DNA from: a virus
Taxonomy: Duplodnaviria; Caudoviricetes
Virus record (IMG/VR): IMGVR_UViG_3300038379_000145
Location: 1-36,385 of that record
DNA length: 36,385 bases
Reading direction: 5' to 3' (one strand)
Below are positions 17,324 through 25,426 of this stretch, piece after piece. A model generated the notes under the pieces. The model saw nothing but the letters and a program-made list of their open reading frames with translations. It did no database searches and was not told the DNA's origin. The position numbers and the translations under genes were made by a program. How positions within the stretch are numbered: the first letter of the stretch is position 1; the number at the start of each line of letters is the position of its first letter.

Positions 17324-18777
17324 TAGCGCACGCTCCTCACCGCGCTCGCCTTGAACTCAACCCCACGCGCATACGTCCATGTCTGCCCCGCCGGGATCAC
17401 CATTTGCGCCGCGTGATAGAACCCGTTAGCGCCGCGCTGCGGGCAGCGCCCGCTCGCCTGCTGGCTCACCTGGCTTTGGAACGTCATCGTATCGCTCGGC
17501 TTGACCTTCGATCCTGCAGCCACCGTCGCCCCGCTCGCGTCGCTCAGAGGCTTAGCCCACTCAATCGATGAGCGCTGACCGTCAGCCAGCATGACCGCGT
17601 TTGTCTCGAACGTGGCTTCCATGTTCGAGCCAGCGAAGCTCGCCAGCTTGTGGTTCGTGTCAAAGGCCCCGAAGTAAAACGCCCCGCCCTGATAAAACGG
17701 ATCATCGAAGCTGATCGAATAATCCGTATCGAGATTGCCCGTCAGATCGTCCAAGCTCACGCCGATGGAGATCGCCGGCGCCAGCAATTCATGGTTGACC
17801 TCGGCGTGCGAGGCTTTGCCCAACTCATAGTTGAAGAACAGAATGTCGCTCGGCGTGTCGCCGCCGCCGCCGGGAAAGCCTGCGGCGAACACCCGGTTCT
17901 TGGGATCGATCGCCGTGGTGATCGCATACCAATAGTCGCGGGACGAATTGTCCAAAAACCAGCGATCGAACTTCTCCAGCCCAATCGGCACGGGCTGGCT
18001 CTCGAAGTCCCACATATACCAGCCGTCTTCGCTCAGGAAGAAGCAGCGCTGGCCGTACTGAATGAGACTATTGGGCTCGATGCAGCCGATATTCTCAATC
18101 AGCTTGTCGATCCGCATAATGACATCGCCGCCCACGTCCAGAATACGGCGAATGCACTTCTCCTGGAACAGGTAGAGCGCGGCCTTGGTTGAGGCGAACC
18201 CGGTGATGTTGCCGCCGTCCGCAAACTCCTGTTCGTCGCTCTCGCCCGTGCCTGGCGTCCAGCTTTCGCTGTTGCCGCGCGCGCTCCACTTGATCGCCAT
18301 GCCCGACGATCCGAGCGCGCCCAAAAAGACAAACTCGCCATAGGTGGCGATGAACTTGGCCGTTCCCGGCGAGCCGCCCAGATTGGCGAATTGCGTCGCC
18401 GCCGTGCTCATGTCGATATACTGCAAGGCGTCCAACGCATTGGTGAGAATGAGCCTGTCGCCGTATGTCGTGCCGCGCCAGCGTGTCGTCGTGGTCGCTG
18501 TCGTATAAGCCGCCGTGCGGCTGTAATTCGTCCAGGTCGTGCCGACGAGCTTGTAAATCTCATCGGCATCGCAAGCGAACATGTGGGCGGCGTTGTCGAT
18601 GTCGCGCACCGGAAAGACGCCCCGGCAGCGCGAGCCCAGCGCGTTTGTCGTCGCCTGCAAGCTCTTCAGCGGTCGGTAGTGATCGACGCACGGAATGCAG
18701 TTGAGCGCTTCGCGGGCGTGCGACGGGCCAATGGCGGCCTGATCCGGCAGCCAGGGGCCGAGATCAACGGCCGGCAT
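17323..18777 (-). CDS. Tail hub/nozzle protein (P22 gp10 / T7 gp12-like)
   Basis: Begins LGPWLPDQ, is beta-rich with WSARGNSESWTPG and FFLSEDGWY, and has the expected size and position. Confidence 0.75.
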   Translation of the reverse strand: MPAVDLGPWLPDQAAIGPSHAREALNCIPCVDHYRPLKSLQATTNALGSRCRGVFPVRDIDNAAHMFACDADEIYKLVGTTWTNYSRTAAYTTATTTTRWRGTTYGDRLILTNALDALQYIDMSTAATQFANLGGSPGTAKFIATYGEFVFLGALGSSGMAIKWSARGNSESWTPGTGESDEQEFADGGNITGFASTKAALYLFQEKCIRRILDVGGDVIMRIDKLIENIGCIEPNSLIQYGQRCFFLSEDGWYMWDFESQPVPIGLEKFDRWFLDNSSRDYWYAITTAIDPKNRVFAAGFPGGGGDTPSDILFFNYELGKASHAEVNHELLAPAISIGVSLDDLTGNLDTDYSISFDDPFYQGGAFYFGAFDTNHKLASFAGSNMEATFETNAVMLADGQRSSIEWAKPLSDASGATVAAGSKVKPSDTMTFQSQVSQQASGRCPQRGANGFYHAAQMVIPAGQTWTYARGVEFKASAVRSVR

Positions 18778-19297
18778 GCGCCATCCCGTAAGCGCCTGCG
18801 CCCGCTAGAGCGCCAGGCCCCAGCGTGCGCGCGGCCCATTGGGCGTACGCGCCGCTAGTTGGCTTTAGGAAGAACTCGTCACCCGATCGGATCATCTCAT
18901 AGCCGCTTCCCGCAAGCCTCGCCTCAAGATCGCGTGCGTAGCGTCGATTGTGGCCGCCGCTGATGCCGCGGAAGGTGTAAAGTTGCGGCGGCCTCGCTTC
19001 GATTTCCTTGGCGATCTTCTCTGCCGTTCCGTCAAAAACGTCCCTGACCTGCCTGGGCGATAGGTCAGCGCGGCGTTCGGCGCCGGTCCAGCCCCAATTG
19101 ATACTCGTTGCCAGTGGCTTGCCTTTGATGCCAACGGCTTGCGCGGCATCTGGCGTCACGTCTTGGAGAACGTAGTCAAAGTCTATGCGCTGCCCGCCCA
19201 CATTGTCGCTGTAGCGACTGAGTTTTGAACCTAGACGCCCCGCGAGGCGGCTGACCAGTCCCGGATTGCGCAGCGCGATCCTACTCAGAAAACCCAC
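18764..19297 (-). CDS. Hypothetical protein with shared leader (putative cargo; possibly GNAT-related fold)
   Basis: GTG start, MGFLSRIALRNPGLVSRLAGRLG, and a Gly/Ala-rich C-terminal tail. Confidence 0.7.
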   Translation of the reverse strand: MGFLSRIALRNPGLVSRLAGRLGSKLSRYSDNVGGQRIDFDYVLQDVTPDAAQAVGIKGKPLATSINWGWTGAERRADLSPRQVRDVFDGTAEKIAKEIEARPPQLYTFRGISGGHNRRYARDLEARLAGSGYEMIRSGDEFFLKPTSGAYAQWAARTLGPGALAGAGAYGMAHAGR

Positions 19298-19448
19298 GTT
19301 CCGCCTTCTCCCGCGCCTGGGCTTCCGCCCGGTCGCGCGCGTCCTGTTCCTTGCCGGAAAACACCCGCGCTGCGCCTTCGTGCTCGCCTATGCGACAGAC
19401 GATGATCTTGCCGCGTGCGTCGATGCGCTCGCTGAACTCAGGCGCCAT
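19281..19448 (-). CDS. Small hypothetical protein (about 55 aa)
   Basis: MAPEFSERIDARGKIIVCRIGEHEG... fills the gap and overlaps both neighbours. Confidence 0.5.
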   Translation of the reverse strand: MAPEFSERIDARGKIIVCRIGEHEGAARVFSGKEQDARDRAEAQAREKAERGFSE

Positions 19449-19908
19449 TCCGGCCATTCCAAGCGCCATAGAGAGCGCCGCCGCCGACCGGCACGCCAAG
19501 CAGCCATGCGGCCAGCAAGTCAGACGAATCCGCACGCGCCGGATCGAACGCCGCAAAGATCGAGCGCACGTCGCGCGGGTCGGCAACGATGCGGTCATTA
19601 TCCAGCGTCTTGGCGCTCCGGCCCCGGCGCAGGAAAACCGGGATCACGTTGGCGCCTTCCGGGTCGCCGTAGCCGTTGGCGTAATTGTTCGCCTTCAACT
19701 GATCGCGGGTCACATAGACGCCGCGCCCGTAGGCGCCCGGCCGCGCCTCAAAGGCCGGGAAGTTCGCGCGCGTGCCGTGATACCAGATCTTGCTCGTATC
19801 GAAGCCTAGCGCCTCGGCCCGCGCCAATTGCTCCGCGCGAGGCGAGAGACGGCCAAACATCTCGCCGGATTCCAGCGCGGCGCGCGCCGCTCGACTGAGA
19901 AGGCTCAT
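19438..19908 (-). CDS. ADP-ribosyltransferase-like protein (ART-PolyVal-like, H-type), 156 aa
   Basis: RAEALGFDT, WYHGT, GRGVYVT, ANNYA, GANVIPVFL and VRSIFAAFDPARADSSDLLA. Leader MSLLSRAA. Confidence 0.78.
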   Translation of the reverse strand: MSLLSRAARAALESGEMFGRLSPRAEQLARAEALGFDTSKIWYHGTRANFPAFEARPGAYGRGVYVTRDQLKANNYANGYGDPEGANVIPVFLRRGRSAKTLDNDRIVADPRDVRSIFAAFDPARADSSDLLAAWLLGVPVGGGALYGAWNGRNGA

Positions 19909-20561
19909 GCCACGCTCTGCGTTCTAGCCACGAGAATGGACCCGCTCGTTTGCCGGTTCTTGGCCTGTGCGTTGATGCCGCGCACCTTGGAGGCGAACTC
20001 CACCGTCTCCATCGCCATGCCGTCAGGATCGCGGCTCCAGCGATAGTATTCCGCCAGCACGCCGGACAGGTAAACGCCGGGATGCGCCGTCAGAACGGCG
20101 TCCGTTGAAGCGTCGGCCGTGAACGAGCCCAGCGCCGCCCAGTAGCTCACCTGCAGCGTTTGATCGGTCGTTGGCGCTATGAACAGCGTCGAGCCGTCGA
20201 TGGTGTATTTCGTCGGGGTTCCCGAAATCACGCTGTCGGGGTGCGTCCGAAACTGCCCAAGCGGCATGTAAAGCAAATCGATGCCCGTGCCGTCGCTGTT
20301 GTTCAGCCAAACGCGCTCATATTCCAGCACGGTCGCCGGAACGGTCGCTTGCCCGCTCGTCGTCGCCAGCGTCGTCGCCGTCAGCATGGACGGAATGCGG
20401 GCGGGCGGCACAAGCCAATTGCGCCCATCCGGCGACATGACGCCGCGATTGAGCTTATCGGCTACGGCGTTCGCCCATTCCAGGAACAGGCTGTCGTCAA
20501 AGGTGCGCTCGGCCCAGGACTCCGCCGCCGTTTGCAGCGTGCCGATATTGGTTATAGCCAA
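19905..20561 (-). CDS. Head-tail adaptor (P22 gp4 / T7 gp11-like)
   Basis: MAITNIGTLQTAAESW, SGTPTKYTI...LFIAPT and HPGVYLSGVLAE are typical of this adaptor family. Confidence 0.75.
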   Translation of the reverse strand: MAITNIGTLQTAAESWAERTFDDSLFLEWANAVADKLNRGVMSPDGRNWLVPPARIPSMLTATTLATTSGQATVPATVLEYERVWLNNSDGTGIDLLYMPLGQFRTHPDSVISGTPTKYTIDGSTLFIAPTTDQTLQVSYWAALGSFTADASTDAVLTAHPGVYLSGVLAEYYRWSRDPDGMAMETVEFASKVRGINAQAKNRQTSGSILVARTQSVA

Positions 20562-21169
20562 TGCTCACTCACCCAATCGATGTGCGAAAGCTCATGCGGC
20601 TTTTCATGGCCGTGAAAATAGACAATCCGTGTTTCCGGCTCGATGCCGTAATGCTTCACATGGCCCTTGTAGCTCACAACCTGGCGCGGAAAGAGATTGT
20701 CAATCACCGCCACCGGCAGCGAGCGAATCCATTCCATGTCATTGCCGCCGGGAAACTCGCGCCAAACCCAGGCATGACCCTTCGGCACAAGCGCCACGCC
20801 GTTACAGACCTTCTCAGGCCAGAACGGATCGCGCGGCACGGCTAAGGTCGTCGCTTCCAGACAGTAGCGCGCCAGCTCGTCGCAATTGCCGACAATCACC
20901 GTATCGAGCCCGACAAGGATCATCGGCTCGTCCAGCTTATATGGCTCGATGCAAGCGCCATAACCGGGTTCGCCCGCGCTCAAGCGCTCCTGCCAGATAT
21001 CCTCGCTGAACTTGCGCGGCTTCTCAGTGAAACACACCATGCGCCACGGCACGGTCAGATTGCGCTGAAAGCCCCGGTAGAGCTTCTCAACATCGGCCTC
21101 GCTGTAGTGACGCGAAAACGGCAGGCTGTCGTCATTGGCGTCCCAAAGCAGCGTGGCAACCGTAATCAC
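20552..21169 (-). CDS. Putative GT-A-type glycosyltransferase
   Basis: YSEADVEKLYRGFQRNL...VCFTE, GLDTVIVGNCD (degenerate DxD), VVSYK and RIVYFHGHEKPHE match small phage GT8-like enzymes. Confidence 0.7.
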   Translation of the reverse strand: MITVATLLWDANDDSLPFSRHYSEADVEKLYRGFQRNLTVPWRMVCFTEKPRKFSEDIWQERLSAGEPGYGACIEPYKLDEPMILVGLDTVIVGNCDELARYCLEATTLAVPRDPFWPEKVCNGVALVPKGHAWVWREFPGGNDMEWIRSLPVAVIDNLFPRQVVSYKGHVKHYGIEPETRIVYFHGHEKPHELSHIDWVSEHWL

Positions 21170-21729
21170 GGCGCCGCCATCCTGGCGCTGACGCCGCGAA
21201 TGCGCTCGCCAGCAAACCGCATCCGCACCTTGGCGGACTCATCGCCAATCGGCACGCAAACCTGATTGGACAGCATCATGTGGCCCGCCGGCACGTCATG
21301 GCCGCAAACCACGCCAGCGCCCACCATGGCGCCCTTGCCGATAATCACGCCCGGCAGGATCGTGGCGCCTGCGCCGACGCTCGCGCCCTCCTCAATAATG
21401 ATCGCCCAGCGATTGCCGTCGAAGGCTGACGGGTCGAACCGATCCTTGCTCACGCGCGGCCATGCGTCGTTGCAGAGCGTCACGTTCGGCCCAATGAACA
21501 CGTCATCCTTGAGCCAAAAGCCCGGCCCGGCCGCGAGATTGTGACAGATGATTACTCGGTTATCCGACCGGCTGCCGTCGAAGCACGCGCCGGACGCCAC
21601 CACGCAATCTTCACCCAGCACCGCGCCGCGAATGACGCTGGCGAATTGCCAGACCTTCGTGCGCGCACCAATTGAGCCCACGCCGTCAGTGACCGCCATG
21701 GGGTGAATAAACGCCGTCTCGTGAATCAT
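21166..21729 (-). CDS. Hexapeptide-repeat (LbH) acyltransferase, WxcM/WbpD-like
   Basis: ATG at 21729. IGARTKVWQFASV, DDVFIGPNVTLCND and GASVGAGATILPGVIIGKGAMVGAG. Confidence 0.85.
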   Translation of the reverse strand: MIHETAFIHPMAVTDGVGSIGARTKVWQFASVIRGAVLGEDCVVASGACFDGSRSDNRVIICHNLAAGPGFWLKDDVFIGPNVTLCNDAWPRVSKDRFDPSAFDGNRWAIIIEEGASVGAGATILPGVIIGKGAMVGAGVVCGHDVPAGHMMLSNQVCVPIGDESAKVRMRFAGERIRGVSARMAAP

Positions 21730-23165
21730 TCGGCCGCAACCGCCTTTCGCGCGTCGGTAAACGCCTTGAGATCGCGCGCCACCTGGTTGACGACCGGCGC
21801 CCAATCGCCCCATGTCTTCTGGCGATAGACCTTCACGCTCTCGTAAAAGCTCATCTTCTCTGCCCCGTCGCCCACATAGCGCCATTGCGGCACTTCATCG
21901 ACAAGGGCCCAGCACGGCACGCCCAGCGCCCCGCAGAGATCGACCACGCTCGTCTGCACCGAGATCACCAGATCGAGGTTGACCAGCAGCGCCGCCAACT
22001 CGTCCATGTCCTGGCCCTTCTGCGTCGCAGCGCGCGGGTTCAGGATGTGCGGCGCGAACTCCAGGTCCTTGCGCCTATCCTCATACTCCAGGCAGACGAA
22101 CGTTGCGTCTTGGCCCCGGATCAGTTGCAGCACGTCATCGAAGGCTAGCGATCGGCGTCCGCGTCCGGTTTCCCAGGAGCCACCGGTCCAGGCGAGGCCG
22201 ATGCGCGGATCGCCTTTGCCGTCCTGGCAATCGAGATAACCTTGCCAAGCGGCACGGCGAGCAAAATCCGGTCTGAGATATTCACGCCGTCTAAACGGCT
22301 CTTGGCCGAAATACTCACCCAGCCCTCCCATCTCCAGCCGATGCGTCACGCCCTCAAGGCGCGGCCATTCGCTGTAATCTTCACGCAGCGTGCCGTAAAC
22401 CGACACGCCAAAGCTTCGCGCGAACAAGCCCGCGTTGCGGTCATAGCACTCGATGACCACGCGCGAGCCCTTTGCTTCCGCCGCTTCGATGGCGCGGTCA
22501 ATCATGCTCGCATACATGATCTCGTCGCCTATGCCCTGCTCGCCGTAGATCGCGACGACCGCATTCTCATGCTTGTCAGGGTTCCAGCGCGGCGTTTCGC
22601 GGTCGGCGTGGTAGTTCCGCTTGCGCCGATTGGGCATGCCTAAGCTTGCCTTGAACTCGCGCCAGCCCTCGCGCCAGCGGCCAAGCGCAAAGAGCGCGAA
22701 GCTCTTATTGTGACAGACCTCGCCGGCAACGCCGTACTTGGCCTCGAACCGCTCGGCCCATTCCAGCGCCTCGGCATGGCGGCCCAGCACGCTAGAGACG
22801 TTGCAGAGCAGCGAGAGCGTATCAGGCAAAAGCGCCTCGCCGCCCAGGCGCAGAGCCGTCTGCGCCGCGCGGTAGGACTCCAGCGGATGGCGCTCCTGCA
22901 TGCATTGCGCCATCGCCAGCCAGATCGCCGCACGCTTCGGCTCGATTTTGGACGCCAGCGTCAGCAGCGCTAGCGCCGTGCCCTCGTTGCCGCTTTTGCG
23001 CAGCGCTTGGCCCGCCAGATACATGGCCGCCGCGCGCATCGGGTCGTTCTTCAGCGCCTCGTCGGCCGCCGCCAAGGCCCCATCCCAGCGGTCACGGTTC
23101 GCCTCGCGCTGCGCCGTCAGAATGAGCTTGTCGGTGATGTCGGTCACTTCGTCGGCCGAGATCAC
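21726..23165 (-). CDS. TPR-domain GT-B (GT9-like) glycosyltransferase
   Basis: N-terminal TPR-like helices, then EQGIGDEIMYAS, IGLAWTGG, RRSL and LAALLVNLDLVISVQTSVVDLCGALGVPCWAL. Confidence 0.85.
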   Translation of the reverse strand: MISADEVTDITDKLILTAQREANRDRWDGALAAADEALKNDPMRAAAMYLAGQALRKSGNEGTALALLTLASKIEPKRAAIWLAMAQCMQERHPLESYRAAQTALRLGGEALLPDTLSLLCNVSSVLGRHAEALEWAERFEAKYGVAGEVCHNKSFALFALGRWREGWREFKASLGMPNRRKRNYHADRETPRWNPDKHENAVVAIYGEQGIGDEIMYASMIDRAIEAAEAKGSRVVIECYDRNAGLFARSFGVSVYGTLREDYSEWPRLEGVTHRLEMGGLGEYFGQEPFRRREYLRPDFARRAAWQGYLDCQDGKGDPRIGLAWTGGSWETGRGRRSLAFDDVLQLIRGQDATFVCLEYEDRRKDLEFAPHILNPRAATQKGQDMDELAALLVNLDLVISVQTSVVDLCGALGVPCWALVDEVPQWRYVGDGAEKMSFYESVKVYRQKTWGDWAPVVNQVARDLKAFTDARKAVAAE

Positions 23166-23428
23166 TGCGGCGTATCCTCATTGATCGAGCGCCATGGGGA
23201 AATGGCCTTACCGGACGAGGCCGCATGCTTGGCGACGATGAAGTCATAAACGACCCCCACCGGGCGCCGCTCTTCACCTGAGCCTACAAATTTCCGGGCA
23301 AAGCCTAGCGCACATGGCACGTTCTTCCCGGCTTGCGCTTCGGCCCAAGCCTTCTGAAAGTCAGCCAAGCTCAACACCTCAACGTCTCGCCAAGCGCCAC
23401 CTTCTTCCCGCAATCGAATATAGAACAT
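23162..23428 (-). CDS. Hypothetical protein (88 aa)
   Basis: Abuts the upstream stop and has a GTGA overlap downstream. Confidence 0.6.
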   Translation of the reverse strand: MFYIRLREEGGAWRDVEVLSLADFQKAWAEAQAGKNVPCALGFARKFVGSGEERRPVGVVYDFIVAKHAASSGKAISPWRSINEDTPQ

Positions 23429-23959
23429 CTAAAGCCCGTCCTTGGTTGGCCAGATCAGGCCGTTGCCCGGCACGTGCGTCAGCCGGTAATTGCCCCACGC
23501 CTTGCCGTCGCCCATGTCCATGTCGGTGGTCTTCAGGTATTCCCATTCAGGATCGCGCAGGAGCCGCAGGCATCCGCGCATGTGCTCGTTGGGAACGCCG
23601 TTGCGGTCGGTCTCAGCCAACAGCACGTTGACGCCGTACTTGACCATCCACAGCTCAACCACGCCCGTTGGGATGGACGCGAACCGAACCCACTTGTCTT
23701 CTTTCTGGCGCCAGTTCTGCTCGGCCGCTCGCCATTCGGCGTTGTCGTCCAGCGTCTGCTGACACCATTGCGTCCGGCGATAGGTCATCGTGCCGGTGTC
23801 GCCGTCGTAATGGGTGTATTCCTCGATCGTGTTGTGGAACGGGTCCCAATCGAACATCAATTCCTGCTTGGAATACTTCCGCTGCGTCTTGGCGGCGTGC
23901 TCAAAGCGCGCGTCGTCGTCGTCGGGGTCGCCGACGTAATGGACCGAATCCCAGCGCAT
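23429..23959 (-). CDS. Conserved-looking post-capsid phage protein of unknown function
   Basis: TQWCQQTLDDN, FASIPTGVVELW and LLRDPEWEYLKT recall proteins found just downstream of this capsid type. Confidence 0.7.
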   Translation of the reverse strand: MRWDSVHYVGDPDDDDARFEHAAKTQRKYSKQELMFDWDPFHNTIEEYTHYDGDTGTMTYRRTQWCQQTLDDNAEWRAAEQNWRQKEDKWVRFASIPTGVVELWMVKYGVNVLLAETDRNGVPNEHMRGCLRLLRDPEWEYLKTTDMDMGDGKAWGNYRLTHVPGNGLIWPTKDGL

Positions 23960-23961
23960 GC

Positions 23962-24366
23962 TTATTCCGCGATCAGCACATGGCCCAGGTCGCGGCGCGA
24001 GATGAAGGCGTCGCGCTTCAGCCGCACGGGCTTGCCGTGCTCAAGCGTCCACTCGCGGCCGTCAGCCGTCTCGTCCGGCCGGAACGTGATCGCCTTAGGC
24101 TTGGTCACGATCCGCTCTTGGCCGCCGACATATTGCCGGACATCCTCGTAACCGGAGCGCACAGAGCAACGGACGATCTCGCCCAGCTTCTGCGTCGATC
24201 CCGGAGCGGAGGCCACCCGCGCCAAAGCCTTCGCCACAGCGTCGCCAATCTCGGACGCGCTCGGCATGTTGTCTTCGCCCAAGGCCGCGCGGCGCGCGCT
24301 CTTGGCCGCAGCGCGTTCGCCCTGGAACCGGGCGTCGCCGCTCATGTCGTCTGCTTTGTCTGACAT
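23962..24366 (-). CDS. Hypothetical protein downstream of capsid gene
   Basis: ATG at 24366 with GGAG RBS (alternative GTG at 24372). Confidence 0.7.
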   Translation of the reverse strand: MSDKADDMSGDARFQGERAAAKSARRAALGEDNMPSASEIGDAVAKALARVASAPGSTQKLGEIVRCSVRSGYEDVRQYVGGQERIVTKPKAITFRPDETADGREWTLEHGKPVRLKRDAFISRRDLGHVLIAE

Positions 24367-24375
24367 TTTCACTCC

Positions 24376-24410
24376 AAAAAATGGGGCGGCCGTTTCCAGC
24401 CGCCCCCGTT
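24376..24410 (-). terminator. Rho-independent terminator after major capsid gene
   Basis: Minus strand reads GGGGCGGCTG-GAAA-CGGCCGCCCC followed by ATTTTTT. Confidence 0.85.
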
Positions 24411-24417
24411 ACGTCAA

Positions 24418-25407
24418 CTAGCTCGTCGCCACGTCCGCGATGATCCAGTTGCCCTTTTCGTTGCGGGACGCCTGGCTGAACTCCATTTTGAGGAGCTTGC
24501 GTTCGGCGTGACCGACGCGCGCCAGAGGCCCGACGCTGAACGGCTGCAGGTTGTGCATCGACCACATCTTGGGATCGATACCCAGCACTGACCGTGGCGT
24601 TGAGGCGCCGCGTGTGGCCGAGGTAGCCACGAAGCGGCTCGGCACCGCCTTCTTGACCCCGAAGTCCGACGCATAGAGATCAACCGCGCCGACGATGACG
24701 TTCGAGTTAACGCCCTTATCCACGATGTTGTACTTCGTCGCCACGCCGGAGAAGGCCGAAAGCGTCTGCTTGGAGAACGAGCCGAGCAGGATGATGGAAT
24801 CCTCCCCGCCCTCGTCCCAGCAGGCCTTGATCCGCCCTTTGAGCAGCGTTTCGGTGAACGTCCGGGTCGATGACCCGTCCGTCGCCGCCGACACTTCGCC
24901 GTTGGAATAGCCGCCTTGCGTTGAGGCGGTGCCGCTCTTGCGGCTGTCGTTGGTGGTGATCCAGGCCTCGAAGCCGGCGCACTGCCGCGCCGTGAGCGCG
25001 GAGCCGTCGTCTGACTTCCAGTTGCCTGAGAGCCGCGCTTCTTGGTGGCGCTTCAGCTCCTTGGTGCGCTTCATGATCTGGTAGCCGGATTCCGTGTCGC
25101 GGCCTGCCGCCGTCACTTCGTCCGCCGAATCCGAGATGATGATCGCCCGGTCCATGAGTTGCTGATGGTTCTTCAGGCGAACAGTCGCCGTGAAGGTGCG
25201 GTCGGTGGCGCTTGCGCCTTCAATTACCGCGATAGAGCCGTCAGCCGACGCAAGGGTGTCCGTCTGCCATTCAATGACCCGGTTCGTGGCTTTCTTGCCC
25301 TTCTGGATCGTTGAGGAAAACGGGGTGTCGGTCGGCGCAATGTTGTAAATCGCGTCTTCCAGCATTTCCCTGACGCCGACCTGCCCGTAGGTGGTCGTCG
25401 TTGCCAT
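24418..25407 (-). CDS. Major capsid protein (DUF5309/SU10-like)
   Basis: REMLEDAIYNIAPTDTPF, IEWQTDTL, KELKRHQE and VDLYASDFG. Follows the scaffold, has an AAGGA RBS and a terminator. Confidence 0.92.
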   Translation of the reverse strand: MATTTTYGQVGVREMLEDAIYNIAPTDTPFSSTIQKGKKATNRVIEWQTDTLASADGSIAVIEGASATDRTFTATVRLKNHQQLMDRAIIISDSADEVTAAGRDTESGYQIMKRTKELKRHQEARLSGNWKSDDGSALTARQCAGFEAWITTNDSRKSGTASTQGGYSNGEVSAATDGSSTRTFTETLLKGRIKACWDEGGEDSIILLGSFSKQTLSAFSGVATKYNIVDKGVNSNVIVGAVDLYASDFGVKKAVPSRFVATSATRGASTPRSVLGIDPKMWSMHNLQPFSVGPLARVGHAERKLLKMEFSQASRNEKGNWIIADVATS

Positions 25408-25426
25408 GTTGAATTGTCCTTAAAGG

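Noticed and set aside
16435-19908. Classical toxin-antitoxin pairs such as DarTG
   Set aside because: No macrodomain, NADAR or other recognisable antitoxin next to the ART-like genes. The 55-aa ORF at 19281-19448 cannot be assigned.
13380-19908. Shared leaders as Sec/Tat signal peptides
   Set aside because: They lack a hydrophobic h-region, a cleavage motif and the twin-arginine consensus; they are short basic amphipathic segments.
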